From NCBI GenBank assembly GCA_040755455.1, contig JBFMAY010000043.1, positions 1-36,816 on the forward strand: a DNA stretch of 36,816 nucleotides, written 5' to 3'. Made by a program: the position numbers and the translations under genes. This document shows, piece after piece, positions 10,210 through 20,209 of the stretch (position 1 is the first letter of the stretch; every line of letters begins with the position of its first letter). The notes below the pieces were generated by a model, which did no database searches, was not told the DNA's origin, and worked only from the letters and a program-made list of their open reading frames with translations. Source of the stretch: Thermodesulfobacteriota bacterium. Its GTDB lineage: Bacteria > Desulfobacterota > Desulfobulbia > Desulfobulbales > SURF-16.

Positions 10210-10290
10210 CTTCTTTTCACTCTTGCCGGAGGTAGTAAGTGTAATAAAAACAGCAGAGCCGACACTATCCCCTGCTGCTGACAGACATGT

Positions 10291-10554
10291 TCAGGCGTTG
10301 CCCGCCCGGGGCGGCCGATCAGTCTGACCGCTGACGAACATGGTCAACTGCCAGAGGCCCTGGGCCACGTCGTGGCGAATGATGTAGAGAGAGCCATCGT
10401 TGCCCCTTAATTTGAAATAACGGTGGTCCGGGGCCAGCCAGCGGTCGATGATTTCGACTATATCAATACACCGGTCATGCAGGAAAAAACGGCGGGGCGT
10501 TTCCTCGCCGCAATAACCGGCGTAGCATTCAACGCTGATGGTAAAGAAGCTCAC
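10291..10554 (-). CDS. Small conserved hypothetical protein
   Basis: VECYAGYxGEETPRRF...IIDRWLAPDHRYFK...IIRHD pattern. This is the 3' part of ORF 10291-10869 and fills the gap after the HPF-CSD gene. Start approximate. Confidence 0.65.
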   Translation of the reverse strand: MSFFTISVECYAGYCGEETPRRFFLHDRCIDIVEIIDRWLAPDHRYFKLRGNDGSLYIIRHDVAQGLWQLTMFVSGQTDRPPRAGNA

Positions 10555-10564
10555 TTGACGGCCA

Positions 10565-11113
10565 TCAGTCGATCTTGACGGTGCTGGCCTGCGGGCCGTG
10601 GTCGCCTTCCTCTTCATGAAAAGTGACCATGGTGCCGATGGCCAGGGAGTCAAAATCGGCATTGAGCACACTGTTGCGGTGAAAATAGATCTCCCGGCCG
10701 TCAACGGTGGTAATTGTCCCGTAATCCTCCAGCGGGGAGAGCCGGGTGATCCGTCCCTGGGGTATCTCCTCATGGGCCTTGACCAGCCCCTGCCGCCGCC
10801 GGTTATACTGCTCAAGCTGCCTGGCGGCGGCATCCACCGCGTCGCGCAGGGCCACGTAGACATCCTCATGGGACCGGTCCTGGACAGGAGGCTCCCGGTT
10901 CACAGCCACCTTCCCTTCCGGACAGGTAATGTCGATATTGACCTTGAAAAGTCCCCCTTTTCTGCGGTGCTGGGGCGGAGCCTCGACAATAACCCGGCAA
11001 CTGACGATCTGCTCATAGGTTTTTGTCAGCTTATCAACCCGTTTACGGATTTCCGCCTCAAGGGCCTCGGAGGAATCCATATTACGAAAGGTAATCTGTA
11101 AAGGTACCTGCAT
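10565..11113 (-). CDS. HPF/RaiA ribosome-associated protein fused to a cold-shock domain
   Basis: N-terminal MQVPLQITFRNMDSSEALE...HEDVYVALRDAVDAAARQL (HPF). C-terminal YGTITTVDGREIYFHRNSV...GPQASTV (CSD). Confidence 0.9.
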   Translation of the reverse strand: MQVPLQITFRNMDSSEALEAEIRKRVDKLTKTYEQIVSCRVIVEAPPQHRRKGGLFKVNIDITCPEGKVAVNREPPVQDRSHEDVYVALRDAVDAAARQLEQYNRRRQGLVKAHEEIPQGRITRLSPLEDYGTITTVDGREIYFHRNSVLNADFDSLAIGTMVTFHEEEGDHGPQASTVKID

Positions 11114-11133
11114 TGTTTTCTCCTTATCAATTA

Positions 11134-11835
11134 TTAATCAGATCCAACCAGATCATCATCTGTCAGGGGGATGCCGGCACTGCTGCCGGTAAGCGGCACA
11201 AAGGCCACTGACAGGACATCCCGGCCTGTGATTTTTCCTTTTTTATCTTTTTCCAGCACCATCAACTCCTGGGTCATTGCCGGAAGTCCTATGGGAATGA
11301 CCAGCCTGCCGCCGGGTTTAAGCTGCTCTGTCAGGGGAGGGGGCACATGAGCCGCCGCCGCAGTCACGATAATGCCGTCAAACGGGGCATGTTCCTGCCA
11401 GCCGCCATAGCCATCGCCACGGCGCACTTCGACATTGAGGAAGCCGAGCCTCCTGAGCCGTTCGGCTGCAACGCCGGCCAGGGCGGGTACAATCTCCAGC
11501 GAGTAAACCTTGTTAACCAGCAGGGAGAGCACCGCGGCCTGATAGCCGGAGCCGGCTCCCACCTCGAGGATCACATCGTCTTTGTCGGGACAGAGCAGAT
11601 CGGTCATGAGGGCAACGATGAAAGGCTGAGAGATTGTCTGGCCATGGCCGATGGGCAGGGGCATGTTGTCATAGGCCATGGATTTGTAAAAGTTCGGCAC
11701 GAACTGCTCCCGGGGAACCTGCCCCATGGCCTCCAGCACCTGGGGCCGGATTGCCGCAAGCCCGGTAATCCCACGGGTGTAGCGGCACTCCGCCTCAATG
11801 GTCCGCAGCATTTCATCAACATCCTGTCTAGCCAT
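11134..11835 (-). CDS. pcm: Protein-L-isoaspartate(D-aspartate) O-methyltransferase
   Basis: GQTISQP, LEVGAGSGYQAAVL, APFDGIIVTAAA and QLKPGGRLVIP motifs. Confidence 0.95.
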   Translation of the reverse strand: MARQDVDEMLRTIEAECRYTRGITGLAAIRPQVLEAMGQVPREQFVPNFYKSMAYDNMPLPIGHGQTISQPFIVALMTDLLCPDKDDVILEVGAGSGYQAAVLSLLVNKVYSLEIVPALAGVAAERLRRLGFLNVEVRRGDGYGGWQEHAPFDGIIVTAAAAHVPPPLTEQLKPGGRLVIPIGLPAMTQELMVLEKDKKGKITGRDVLSVAFVPLTGSSAGIPLTDDDLVGSD

Positions 11836-12147
11836 GCTATGCAGCCTCTCCTTTGCCCAGTATTTTATATCGATAAATGCCCTGAAGCAAATAGTATAAA
11901 ATAAAAACGCCGCGGAACAGCTTATTAGCCGCTACGAAATAACCATTACATTGCTGACTGTTTCGTTACGGCTCCAAAAGCAGGCCACGACATTTCATGT
12001 TACTGTTATTTTTTACCCACGGCTCACCTGGGAGTTGCTGTTTACATTTATTTTTTTTCGTCTAATATTTGCTTGTATTTATTGAATTTCTTTTTATATA
12101 ATGAACCGTTAAATAAATGGGCGATTATCTTAAGGCGAGGGAAACTG

Positions 12148-15100
12148 ATGGTGATGAATAAAAGGTATCTTATTCTTTTTTTCTGTGCCCTCCTCTTCAC
12201 CGTTCTGCCCTTTTCCCCTGCCTGGTCACAAACTGATGCACCGGAAACAGTTGACGTCGGTGTCCTCAGAAACTGCCCGCCCCAATATATCACTGATGAA
12301 AACGGCAAACCCGCCGGATTTGCCATTGACCTGATTGAGTCCGTGGGCAAGACCGCCGGTCTGCAGCTGAACTATAAGGCCTACGACAACTGGCCTCAGC
12401 TGATCGAAGCGGCACAGCGGGGAGAGGTACTGGTTGTTCCCAATGTGGACATTGCCGAAAAGGAAAAAGCTGTCTTTGATTTCAGCTCCACCTATGAAAA
12501 ACTCGCCATCCGGATCTTCGTCAGCGCTAAAACGTCGGATATAGATTCCCTTGATGATCTGCTCGAGAAAAAGGTAGCTGTGGCAAGTACGAGCAGGGCC
12601 CGCTATTTCATGGAAAAAAGAGGCGGGGTGCATCTCCTTATCTATCCGACCTTGCAGGAGGCGCTTGTCTCGCTGCTCAGCGGCCAGACGGATGCGTTCA
12701 TCAGTCCGGAAAACCCGGTGGTGCAGCTCATCCGCACTTCCAATATTGAAGATCATATCAAAGCGGTTGGCCCCCCGGTCCTCGAGGTCAAACGGGGAAT
12801 AGGCGTCATAAAGGATCACCGGAAACTGCTCCTGAAACTCGATGCGGCCTTGGCTGATTTTATCAATGATCCGCTCTATGGCTTTATCCATGCGAAATGG
12901 TACGGCAAGCCAAAGCCTTTCTGGAGTGGCCAGCGGGTCATGCTGGGCATGACCATAGTGTTTCTCGCCGCCGTTTTTCTGCTGCTTCTCTGCCGCTACA
13001 TCTTTATCAGAAGATTGAACAACCTGCTGCAGGAGGCCTCTGCCGAATGCGCCCGGGTCCATGGCGAGCTGGAAAAAACCCACATGGAACTTGAACAGAG
13101 GGTCGCCCAGCGAACTATTGAGCTGGAAAAAATCCGCAACAGCATGGAGAAATCCCAGGCCGTTGCCAAATTCGGCAACTGGGACTGGGACATCATCCCC
13201 AATACCGTCTGGTGGTCGGATGGCATCTACCACATTCTGGGATGCAAACCCCATGAATTTCCGCCCGCCTATGACGAGTTTCTGCGAAGGGTTCATCCCG
13301 AAGATCTCGATTTTGTCAAGAAATCGCTGAAAAACGCCCTGGATGGCAAGGACTCTTACAGCCTGGAACACCGCATTGTTCTTGCAGACGGCAGCGTGAG
13401 AACAATACATGAGGAGGCGGAAATTGTCCGTGACCATGAGGGCAAACCTGTCCGCATGGTCGGGATCATGCAGGACATCACCGAGAAAAAAAGCACCGAG
13501 GCGACCCTGAAGCTCAATGAGGAACGCCTTAAGGCCTTATTTCAATTAAGCCAGATGGATGACGCCTCAAAGCAGACCCTGGCCAATTATGCCCTGGAAT
13601 CAGCGGTGAAAATGACCGGCAGCAAGGCCGGTTACCTGCATTTTTATGATGAAGACAGCCAAACCATCATCATCCATCTGTGGAGCAGGGATGTTCTGAA
13701 AATATGCCGGACCCAAGAAAATCATCAATATCAGATTGGATCGACGGGCGTCTGGGGAGACTGCATCCGCCAGCGGAGGGCGGTGATTCACAATAACGAA
13801 TGCAACACGCCCTCGCAGGAGGGTTATCCCGAAGGCCATTTTCCCATCGGGCGGCACATGGTCATCCCGGTCATCGTGGACAACAGGATCGTCGTCATCG
13901 CCGGTGTCGGCAACAAGGAAACCCCGTACGATGAATCAGACATCCAGCAGCTGACCCTGCTGATGAATGAGGCATGGGGCATTATCCATAAAAAAGAAAT
14001 CAAGGCTGAAAAGTTGGAGCTGGCCAACCTGCTGCGCCAATCACAGAAGATGGAGGCCATCGGTACCCTGGCCGGCGGCATCGCCCACGATTTCAACAAT
14101 ATTCTCACCCCCATCCTCGGCTATGCCGACATGGTGCTGGATGAACTGCCGGCGGACACCCCACTGTCGGAAAATCTTACCCATGTCATCAGAGCCGCAA
14201 AACGGGCCAAGGAGCTGGTGCAGCAGATCCTGGCCTTCAGCCGGCAGTCGGAAGAAGACCGCAAGCCGGTCCAGATTCATCTGGTGGTCAAAGAGGCCCT
14301 GAAATTATTGCGGGCCTCGATCCCGTCCACCATCGAGATCCATCAGCAGATCGATCCCAATTGCGGACTGGTGCTCGCCGACCCTTCACAGATTCATCAA
14401 ATCGTCATGAATCTCTGCACCAACGCCTATCATGCCATGCTGAAAACCGACGGCATTTTAAAGGTCACCCTTGGCAACATCAGCATACCGGCAACCGATC
14501 CCAGGGTGATGGACATGCAGCTTTCGCCGGGAAGCTATGTGCAACTTGAGGTCAGCGATACCGGTTTTGGCATGGACCAGGCAACCATCGACAAAATATT
14601 CGACCCGTATTTCACCACCAAGAAAAAGGGGGAAGGAACAGGTCTTGGTCTCTCCGTCGTCCACGGCATTGTCAAAAGCATGGGCGGACGCATTACGACC
14701 CACAGTGAAGTGGGCAAAGGGACTACCTTTAACATTTATCTGCCCAGGCTGACCCATGCCGCCATCTTTGACAAAAAGGCCCAGAAACCCATCCCCCACG
14801 GCAGCGAAAAAATCATGGTGGTCGATGATGAGGAGACCATAGCCCTGATGGAAAAACAGATGCTGGAAAGTCTGGGCTACACGGTCACCGTCAAGCAGAG
14901 CAGTATGGACGCCCTGCGTGAATTTTCAGATCATCCGGAAAGTTATGATCTGGTCATCACTGATATGGCAATGCCCACCATGAATGGAGATGAGCTGGCG
15001 CTGAGGATTATGGCCTTGCGGCCCGAGCTGCCGGTTATCCTCTGTACCGGCTTCAGTGAAATCATTGATGAACCGCGTGCTAAATCAATCGGTATCCGGG

Positions 15101-15180
15101 AATTTGTCATGAAGCCGATTATCAAGAGAAATCTGGGCGAGATAGTGCGACATGCCCTCGATAATGGCCAAAGCAGGTAA
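12148..15180 (+). CDS. Hybrid sensor histidine kinase (periplasmic binding domain, TM, PAS, GAF, HisKA, HATPase, REC)
   Basis: Signal peptide, substrate-binding-like domain, PAS (VHPED), GAF, AHDFNNIL, NLCTNA, DTGFG, FTTK, GTGLGL and a C-terminal receiver. Start chosen at the ATG after GAGG. Confidence 0.92.
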   Translation: MVMNKRYLILFFCALLFTVLPFSPAWSQTDAPETVDVGVLRNCPPQYITDENGKPAGFAIDLIESVGKTAGLQLNYKAYDNWPQLIEAAQRGEVLVVPNVDIAEKEKAVFDFSSTYEKLAIRIFVSAKTSDIDSLDDLLEKKVAVASTSRARYFMEKRGGVHLLIYPTLQEALVSLLSGQTDAFISPENPVVQLIRTSNIEDHIKAVGPPVLEVKRGIGVIKDHRKLLLKLDAALADFINDPLYGFIHAKWYGKPKPFWSGQRVMLGMTIVFLAAVFLLLLCRYIFIRRLNNLLQEASAECARVHGELEKTHMELEQRVAQRTIELEKIRNSMEKSQAVAKFGNWDWDIIPNTVWWSDGIYHILGCKPHEFPPAYDEFLRRVHPEDLDFVKKSLKNALDGKDSYSLEHRIVLADGSVRTIHEEAEIVRDHEGKPVRMVGIMQDITEKKSTEATLKLNEERLKALFQLSQMDDASKQTLANYALESAVKMTGSKAGYLHFYDEDSQTIIIHLWSRDVLKICRTQENHQYQIGSTGVWGDCIRQRRAVIHNNECNTPSQEGYPEGHFPIGRHMVIPVIVDNRIVVIAGVGNKETPYDESDIQQLTLLMNEAWGIIHKKEIKAEKLELANLLRQSQKMEAIGTLAGGIAHDFNNILTPILGYADMVLDELPADTPLSENLTHVIRAAKRAKELVQQILAFSRQSEEDRKPVQIHLVVKEALKLLRASIPSTIEIHQQIDPNCGLVLADPSQIHQIVMNLCTNAYHAMLKTDGILKVTLGNISIPATDPRVMDMQLSPGSYVQLEVSDTGFGMDQATIDKIFDPYFTTKKKGEGTGLGLSVVHGIVKSMGGRITTHSEVGKGTTFNIYLPRLTHAAIFDKKAQKPIPHGSEKIMVVDDEETIALMEKQMLESLGYTVTVKQSSMDALREFSDHPESYDLVITDMAMPTMNGDELALRIMALRPELPVILCTGFSEIIDEPRAKSIGIREFVMKPIIKRNLGEIVRHALDNGQSR

Positions 15181-15462
15181 GAGGAGTCATGATGGCCGGA
15201 TGACTGCATGCCATCCCAGCTCTTTCACCCTGAATTGTGATGCCCCATGCCGCAAGCTCTCCATTTTCCCCCTGTTATCCATCCAAAAAATCTGCCGGAA
15301 ACTCTTTTTCCCCTTTGTGTCAAGCCAGCACCGCCAGCCTGGCAATCAAAAAAACCTAACAGCAGGTATTTTACCGCTGTTGCTGTTTCCATTGATGCTG
15401 TGGTATAGCATTTAGAAATGCAATAAGAACTTTTACCGGAACTGCTCATCAAGGAGGAACCC

Positions 15463-17094
15463 ATGGGCAATATGCAACTGAAGAAAAATGCCGGCTATGC
15501 TGATTTCCCCGGACCTGTGGTCACGGTGATCATGGACGGGATGGGCATCGGCCCGGAAAACGAAAGCAACGGCATCTACATGGCCTACACCCCGCAGCTT
15601 GATGAACTGACGGATGAACCGTTGTATGCCAGGCTGAAGGCGCACGGTACGGCGGTGGGCATGCCTTCTGATGATGATATGGGCAACTCTGAAGTCGGCC
15701 ATAATGCCCTGGGGGCGGGCAGGATCTTTTCCCAGGGGGCGAAACTGGTCAATGAGGCCATCAGGTCGGGCTTCATTTTTGAGGGCAGGGCCTGGAACGA
15801 TATCATGAGCCGCACGGCACAGGGCGGCACGCTGCATCTGATCGGCATGATTTCCGACGGTAACGTCCACAGCCACATCGATCATCTTTACGCCATCCTT
15901 GACCGGGCGGCCGCTGAAAAAATCAGGCGGGTACGGGTGCATGGCCTGCTGGACGGCCGGGATGTGGGGGAAAAGAGCGGACTGTCCTATTTCGAGCCCC
16001 TGGAACAGAAACTTGCCGGTCTCTCCCGCGACGGCCGGGATTACCGGATCGCCTCGGGCGGCGGGCGGATGGTGACCACCATGGACCGCTATCAGGCGGA
16101 CTGGAGGGTGGTGGAACGGGGCTGGCAGGCCCATGTGCTGGGCGAGGGCCGCCCCTTTGCCTCGGCAACTGAGGCAATCCGCACCTATTATGCCGAGAAT
16201 CCCGACATCACCGACCAGTACATGGAGAGTTTCGTGGTGGTGGAAAACGGCAGGCCGGTGGGCACCATTGAAGACGGCGACGCCGTGGTGCTGTTTAACT
16301 TCAGGGGAGATCGGGCCATCGAGATCTCCCGGGCCTTTGACGAAGCGGACTTCGCGGTGTTTGACCGCAGGCGGGTTCCCGACGTCTTCTATGCGGGCAT
16401 GATGCAGTATGACGGCGATGCGGGGATTCCCCATAATTACCTGGTGGAACCTCCGGCCATTGACCGCACCCTGGGTGAATACCTGTGCGCCAGCGGCATC
16501 AGTTCCTTTGCCATTTCCGAGACCCAGAAATTCGGCCATGTGACCTACTTCTGGAACGGCAACAATTCAGGCTACATCGACGAAAAACTGGAAAAATATG
16601 TGGAAATTCCCTCGGACCGAATCGCCTTTGACCTGCGTCCCTGGATGAAGGCCGCGGAAATCACCGATCAGGTGATCGAGGCCATCCACAGCGGCAACTA
16701 CAAATTCATCCGCCTCAACTATGCCAACGGCGACATGGTGGGCCACACCGGTATCCCCAGCGCCATCCGCATCGCCGTGGCCACGGTGGACATGTGCCTG
16801 GGCCGGCTGCTCAAGGCGGTCAAGCAGGCCCAGGGCGTGGCGGTCATCACCGCGGATCATGGCAACGCCGACTGCATGTGGACGGAAAAAAAAGGCATCC
16901 GTTCCCCCATGGTCGCCCACACGATAAATCCGGTACCTTTTATCATTAAGGACTTTTCCGGCAGCAACAGCTTTTCCCTGGCCGGAGTGGAGAACCCCGG
17001 CTTGAGCAACATCGCCGCCACCATCTGCAATCTGCTTGGGTTTGCGGCGCCCGCCGACTACGACCCTTCCCTGATCACCCTGCGGAAAAAATAA
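15463..17094 (+). CDS. gpmI: 2,3-bisphosphoglycerate-independent phosphoglycerate mutase
   Basis: MGNSEVGH, SDGNVHSH, DGRDV, NFRGDRA, DMVGHTG and TADHGNA motifs; AGGAGG RBS. Confidence 0.95.
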   Translation: MGNMQLKKNAGYADFPGPVVTVIMDGMGIGPENESNGIYMAYTPQLDELTDEPLYARLKAHGTAVGMPSDDDMGNSEVGHNALGAGRIFSQGAKLVNEAIRSGFIFEGRAWNDIMSRTAQGGTLHLIGMISDGNVHSHIDHLYAILDRAAAEKIRRVRVHGLLDGRDVGEKSGLSYFEPLEQKLAGLSRDGRDYRIASGGGRMVTTMDRYQADWRVVERGWQAHVLGEGRPFASATEAIRTYYAENPDITDQYMESFVVVENGRPVGTIEDGDAVVLFNFRGDRAIEISRAFDEADFAVFDRRRVPDVFYAGMMQYDGDAGIPHNYLVEPPAIDRTLGEYLCASGISSFAISETQKFGHVTYFWNGNNSGYIDEKLEKYVEIPSDRIAFDLRPWMKAAEITDQVIEAIHSGNYKFIRLNYANGDMVGHTGIPSAIRIAVATVDMCLGRLLKAVKQAQGVAVITADHGNADCMWTEKKGIRSPMVAHTINPVPFIIKDFSGSNSFSLAGVENPGLSNIAATICNLLGFAAPADYDPSLITLRKK

Positions 17095-17268
17095 TGCCGC
17101 GCCAGCCTGCTGCACCCCGTGGGGCACGGTCATCGTGCCCCCGGGGGTCGGCGCTTTCCATACTGATCAGCAGCCGAGGTAAGGCTTAGGGACTCGGGAA
17201 ATACCAATTTACCATAACGCATCCCGTCTTCGGGCGCGATCCAGGTATATTTGTATTTTCCAAGTCCC

Positions 17269-17568
17269 TTAATTGACGGCATGCGCCGCAATGTGTTCCT
17301 GGGAGAGGGGCTGAAAGGAATTTTTGCCGTCCCGGCGATAAAGGCCGGCGATGCGCATGCCGGCAGAGGACAGCAAATCCACCACCCTCTCTTTTTCCAG
17401 GCAGGAAAACTCAACCGCCATGCCGCAGTCCGAACTGATCTCACGAGGCACGGGAATAACATCATGACTGATGCCGCTTCGCTTGAGGAGCTTTTCCGCC
17501 TTCAGCACGAAATGGATGGAAAAAAGGATGACCACGCAGGTCGCTGTTTGTTTTACCGGGGACCACAT
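17269..17568 (-). CDS. DUF3343-like small protein (Se/S-metabolism associated)
   Basis: FSIHFVLKAEKLLK...IPVPREISSDCGMA motif; lies directly downstream of the cysteine desulfurase. Confidence 0.75.
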   Translation of the reverse strand: MWSPVKQTATCVVILFSIHFVLKAEKLLKRSGISHDVIPVPREISSDCGMAVEFSCLEKERVVDLLSSAGMRIAGLYRRDGKNSFQPLSQEHIAAHAVN

Positions 17569-17573
17569 ACTGT

Positions 17574-18740
17574 TTAATTTTTGCAGATTATCTCCAGGGC
17601 GCGCAGACATGCTGCCACATCCGCCTCGGTGTTGAAAAGGCCGAAGGAAAAACGCACCGTTCCCTCGGCGAATGTGCCGATGGCCCGGTGGGCGGCCGGG
17701 GCGCAATGCAGACCGGCCCTTACCATGATGTTAAAATCACGGTCAAGGCTTTGCGCCACCTCGGACTCACTTTTTCCCTTGACCCGCAGCGAAATAACGG
17801 CGGCGCGCTCCTGAGCCGCGGACGGGCCGAAAACGGTTATCCCCTTCATCCGCGCAACACCGTCGAGAAAGAGATGGCATAACCTCTTCTCATGCTCACG
17901 GATGATGGCAAGGCCGGTGCTGCTGACAAAGTTAACCCCGACCCCAAGGCCGGCAATGCCCAAGGTATTGGGGGTGCCCGCTTCATAGAGGTCCGGCATG
18001 AAATCCGGCTGGATCTCAGTTTCCGAATTGCTGCCCGTGCCGCCCATTTTCAGCGGCCGCAGGGCCAGCCCCTGGCGGAGATAAAATCCGCCGCTGCCGG
18101 TTGGGCCGAGCAGAGATTTATGGCCGGTAAAGGCCAGCATATCAATATTCATCCTCATGACATCAATGGGGAAAACGCCGGCTGACTGGGCGGCATCGAC
18201 CAGAAAGAGAGCGTCGCCCTTCTGTCTGCCGATGGCTTCGATATCCGCCACCGCCCCGGTGACGTTGGAGACATGATTTGCCACGATCAGCCGGGTGTTG
18301 TCGCGCATGAGACGCGGCAGTTCACTCACCAGCACCTCGCCTTCCCCGGAAACCGGCAGCATGGAGATGCTGATGTCCGCCGATTTTTCCAAATAGCGCA
18401 GGGGACGCATCACCGAGTTGTGTTCAAGGGCGGTGGTGATAACATGGTCGCCCGGGTGCAGTTGCACCCCCGCCAGGCCGAAGATGCCGACATTGAGGGA
18501 CTCCGTGACATTGCAGGTAAAGGCGATACGGCTGGAGTCAGGGCAGTTGAACAACTCGGCCAGCGCCTCCCGGGTATCGAAGATGAGCCGGCTGCTCTCC
18601 AGGGAGAACCGGTGGGCCGCGCGTCCGGGGCTGAGGGACACTCCGGCCAGCACGGAGGAGACAGCGTCAAGCACCGCACGGGGCTTGGGAAAGGAGGTGG
18701 CCGCGTTGTCGGCATAGATGGGGGTGGAGTTTGCAGACAT
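17574..18740 (-). CDS. PLP-dependent cysteine desulfurase / selenocysteine lyase family (aminotransferase class V)
   Basis: YADNAATS, EHNSV, DAAQSAG, FTGHKSLLGP and RAGLHCA motifs. Confidence 0.92.
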   Translation of the reverse strand: MSANSTPIYADNAATSFPKPRAVLDAVSSVLAGVSLSPGRAAHRFSLESSRLIFDTREALAELFNCPDSSRIAFTCNVTESLNVGIFGLAGVQLHPGDHVITTALEHNSVMRPLRYLEKSADISISMLPVSGEGEVLVSELPRLMRDNTRLIVANHVSNVTGAVADIEAIGRQKGDALFLVDAAQSAGVFPIDVMRMNIDMLAFTGHKSLLGPTGSGGFYLRQGLALRPLKMGGTGSNSETEIQPDFMPDLYEAGTPNTLGIAGLGVGVNFVSSTGLAIIREHEKRLCHLFLDGVARMKGITVFGPSAAQERAAVISLRVKGKSESEVAQSLDRDFNIMVRAGLHCAPAAHRAIGTFAEGTVRFSFGLFNTEADVAACLRALEIICKN

Positions 18741-18748
18741 ATTTTTCG

Positions 18749-19369
18749 TTAACAGGGGCTGACAACCTTGGCGGCATTGGCCATAGTCTGCATGATCTCA
18801 TACATATTGGTGGGCTTGCCGACCAAGAGCCTGTCCTTCAGATCAAAAAAGTCGAGACAGGTGCCGCAGGAGAAAATCTCCACCCCTGCCGCCTCAAGAT
18901 CCCTCAGCGGCTGGATAACATCCGAGTCGGTGGCCGTGAGCATCACCCCGCTGTTGTAAAACAACAGCTTACGCGGCAGCGGAGAAACATCCTTCAAGGT
19001 CTTGATGTAGGCCCGCATCAACACCTTGCCCAGTTCCTCACTGCCCCGGCCCATGGAGTTGGCGGGAAAGACATGGACAAACTCCATCGACGCCGGCTCG
19101 CAGGTGTAGCGGGAGGCCTCAACGGCTGCGGCAGCCGGCCGGGAATCACCTGTCTTGCTGATAATGATGTGAAAATTGCCGCGGTCTTCGCTTACCGTGG
19201 CCAGGCACCCCTGGCTTTTGGCAAAACGTTCGACATTGCTTCTGGAGGCCTCATTGTCCACCGTGACTTCGATCTCGCCGGACACCATCTGCTCCAGGGC
19301 ATCCTTGGCCTTGAGCACCGGCTGCGGGCATTTGAGTCCGCGGCAGTCAATCTGCATGCGATCCGCCAT
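18749..19369 (-). CDS. yedF: Sulfurtransferase-like selenium metabolism protein YedF (TusA-like plus DsrE-like domains)
   Basis: DCRGLKCPQPV (TusA CPxP motif), then MGRGSEELGKVLM, FYNSGV, SCGTCL and TNMYEI. Confidence 0.88.
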   Translation of the reverse strand: MADRMQIDCRGLKCPQPVLKAKDALEQMVSGEIEVTVDNEASRSNVERFAKSQGCLATVSEDRGNFHIIISKTGDSRPAAAAVEASRYTCEPASMEFVHVFPANSMGRGSEELGKVLMRAYIKTLKDVSPLPRKLLFYNSGVMLTATDSDVIQPLRDLEAAGVEIFSCGTCLDFFDLKDRLLVGKPTNMYEIMQTMANAAKVVSPC

Positions 19370-19515
19370 TGTCCCTCCCCTCTTTAGTATAGAAATGGCC
19401 TATGTAAAATTTTTCTTTATAGGTTAATACGATAAACAGTATTTGCCAAACATTACCATTTCCAACTTATAACACGGAAAAGGGAAAAGAGAAAGATTGT
19501 CCATGAAATTTTCCG

Positions 19516-20172
19516 CTAGCAGGACTTCTGGCTCTTGCGCACCGCCTCAGCAGCCAGGGCGGTGATCCGCGGCCAGTCTTCCTGCTCCATGGCTTCAGCC
19601 GGGGCAATCCATGACCCGCCGACGCAGGCCACGTTTTTAAGATCGAGATATTTCCTGTAATTCTCCTTGGATATGCCTCCGGTCGGGCAAAAGGTGATGT
19701 GAGGGAAAGGCCCGGCAATGGCTTTAAGATAAGACACCCCGCCGACGGCCTCGGCAGGGAAAAACTTGAAGTGAACAAATCCTCTCGTTATCCCGGTCAT
19801 CAGCTCGGAGATGGTGGAGATGCCGGGAATCAGGGCAATGGTGCCCCGGTTGGCGGCGTCAAGCAGTTCAGGGGTCAAGCCGGGGCTGATGGCAAAGACC
19901 GCCCCCGCCTCCTCAACCGCCTGCAGATCATGGGGAGTGACCACCGTCCCTGCCCCGACCAGGGCCTGGGGCACCTCGCGGCAGATGATGCGGATGGCGT
20001 CAAGCGCGACCGGGGTGCGCAGGGTGATTTCCAGCACCCGGATGCCCCCCGCAACCAGCGCCTTGGCCAGGGGAACGGCATGGGACAGCTTTTCAATGAC
20101 CAGCACCGGCAGTACCGGCCCCAGGTGCAGAATCTCAGCTGGCTCCATCTTCCATTTTCTCATTTGTGACAT
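19516..20172 (-). CDS. eda: KDPG/KHG aldolase
   Basis: EITLRT, GAGTV, KFFPAE, FCPTGGI and CVGGSW motifs. Start approximate. Confidence 0.93.
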   Translation of the reverse strand: MSQMRKWKMEPAEILHLGPVLPVLVIEKLSHAVPLAKALVAGGIRVLEITLRTPVALDAIRIICREVPQALVGAGTVVTPHDLQAVEEAGAVFAISPGLTPELLDAANRGTIALIPGISTISELMTGITRGFVHFKFFPAEAVGGVSYLKAIAGPFPHITFCPTGGISKENYRKYLDLKNVACVGGSWIAPAEAMEQEDWPRITALAAEAVRKSQKSC

Positions 20173-20209
20173 GATTGTTTTCCCGTTTGTTATGGTGAGA
20201 TTTTCCTCT

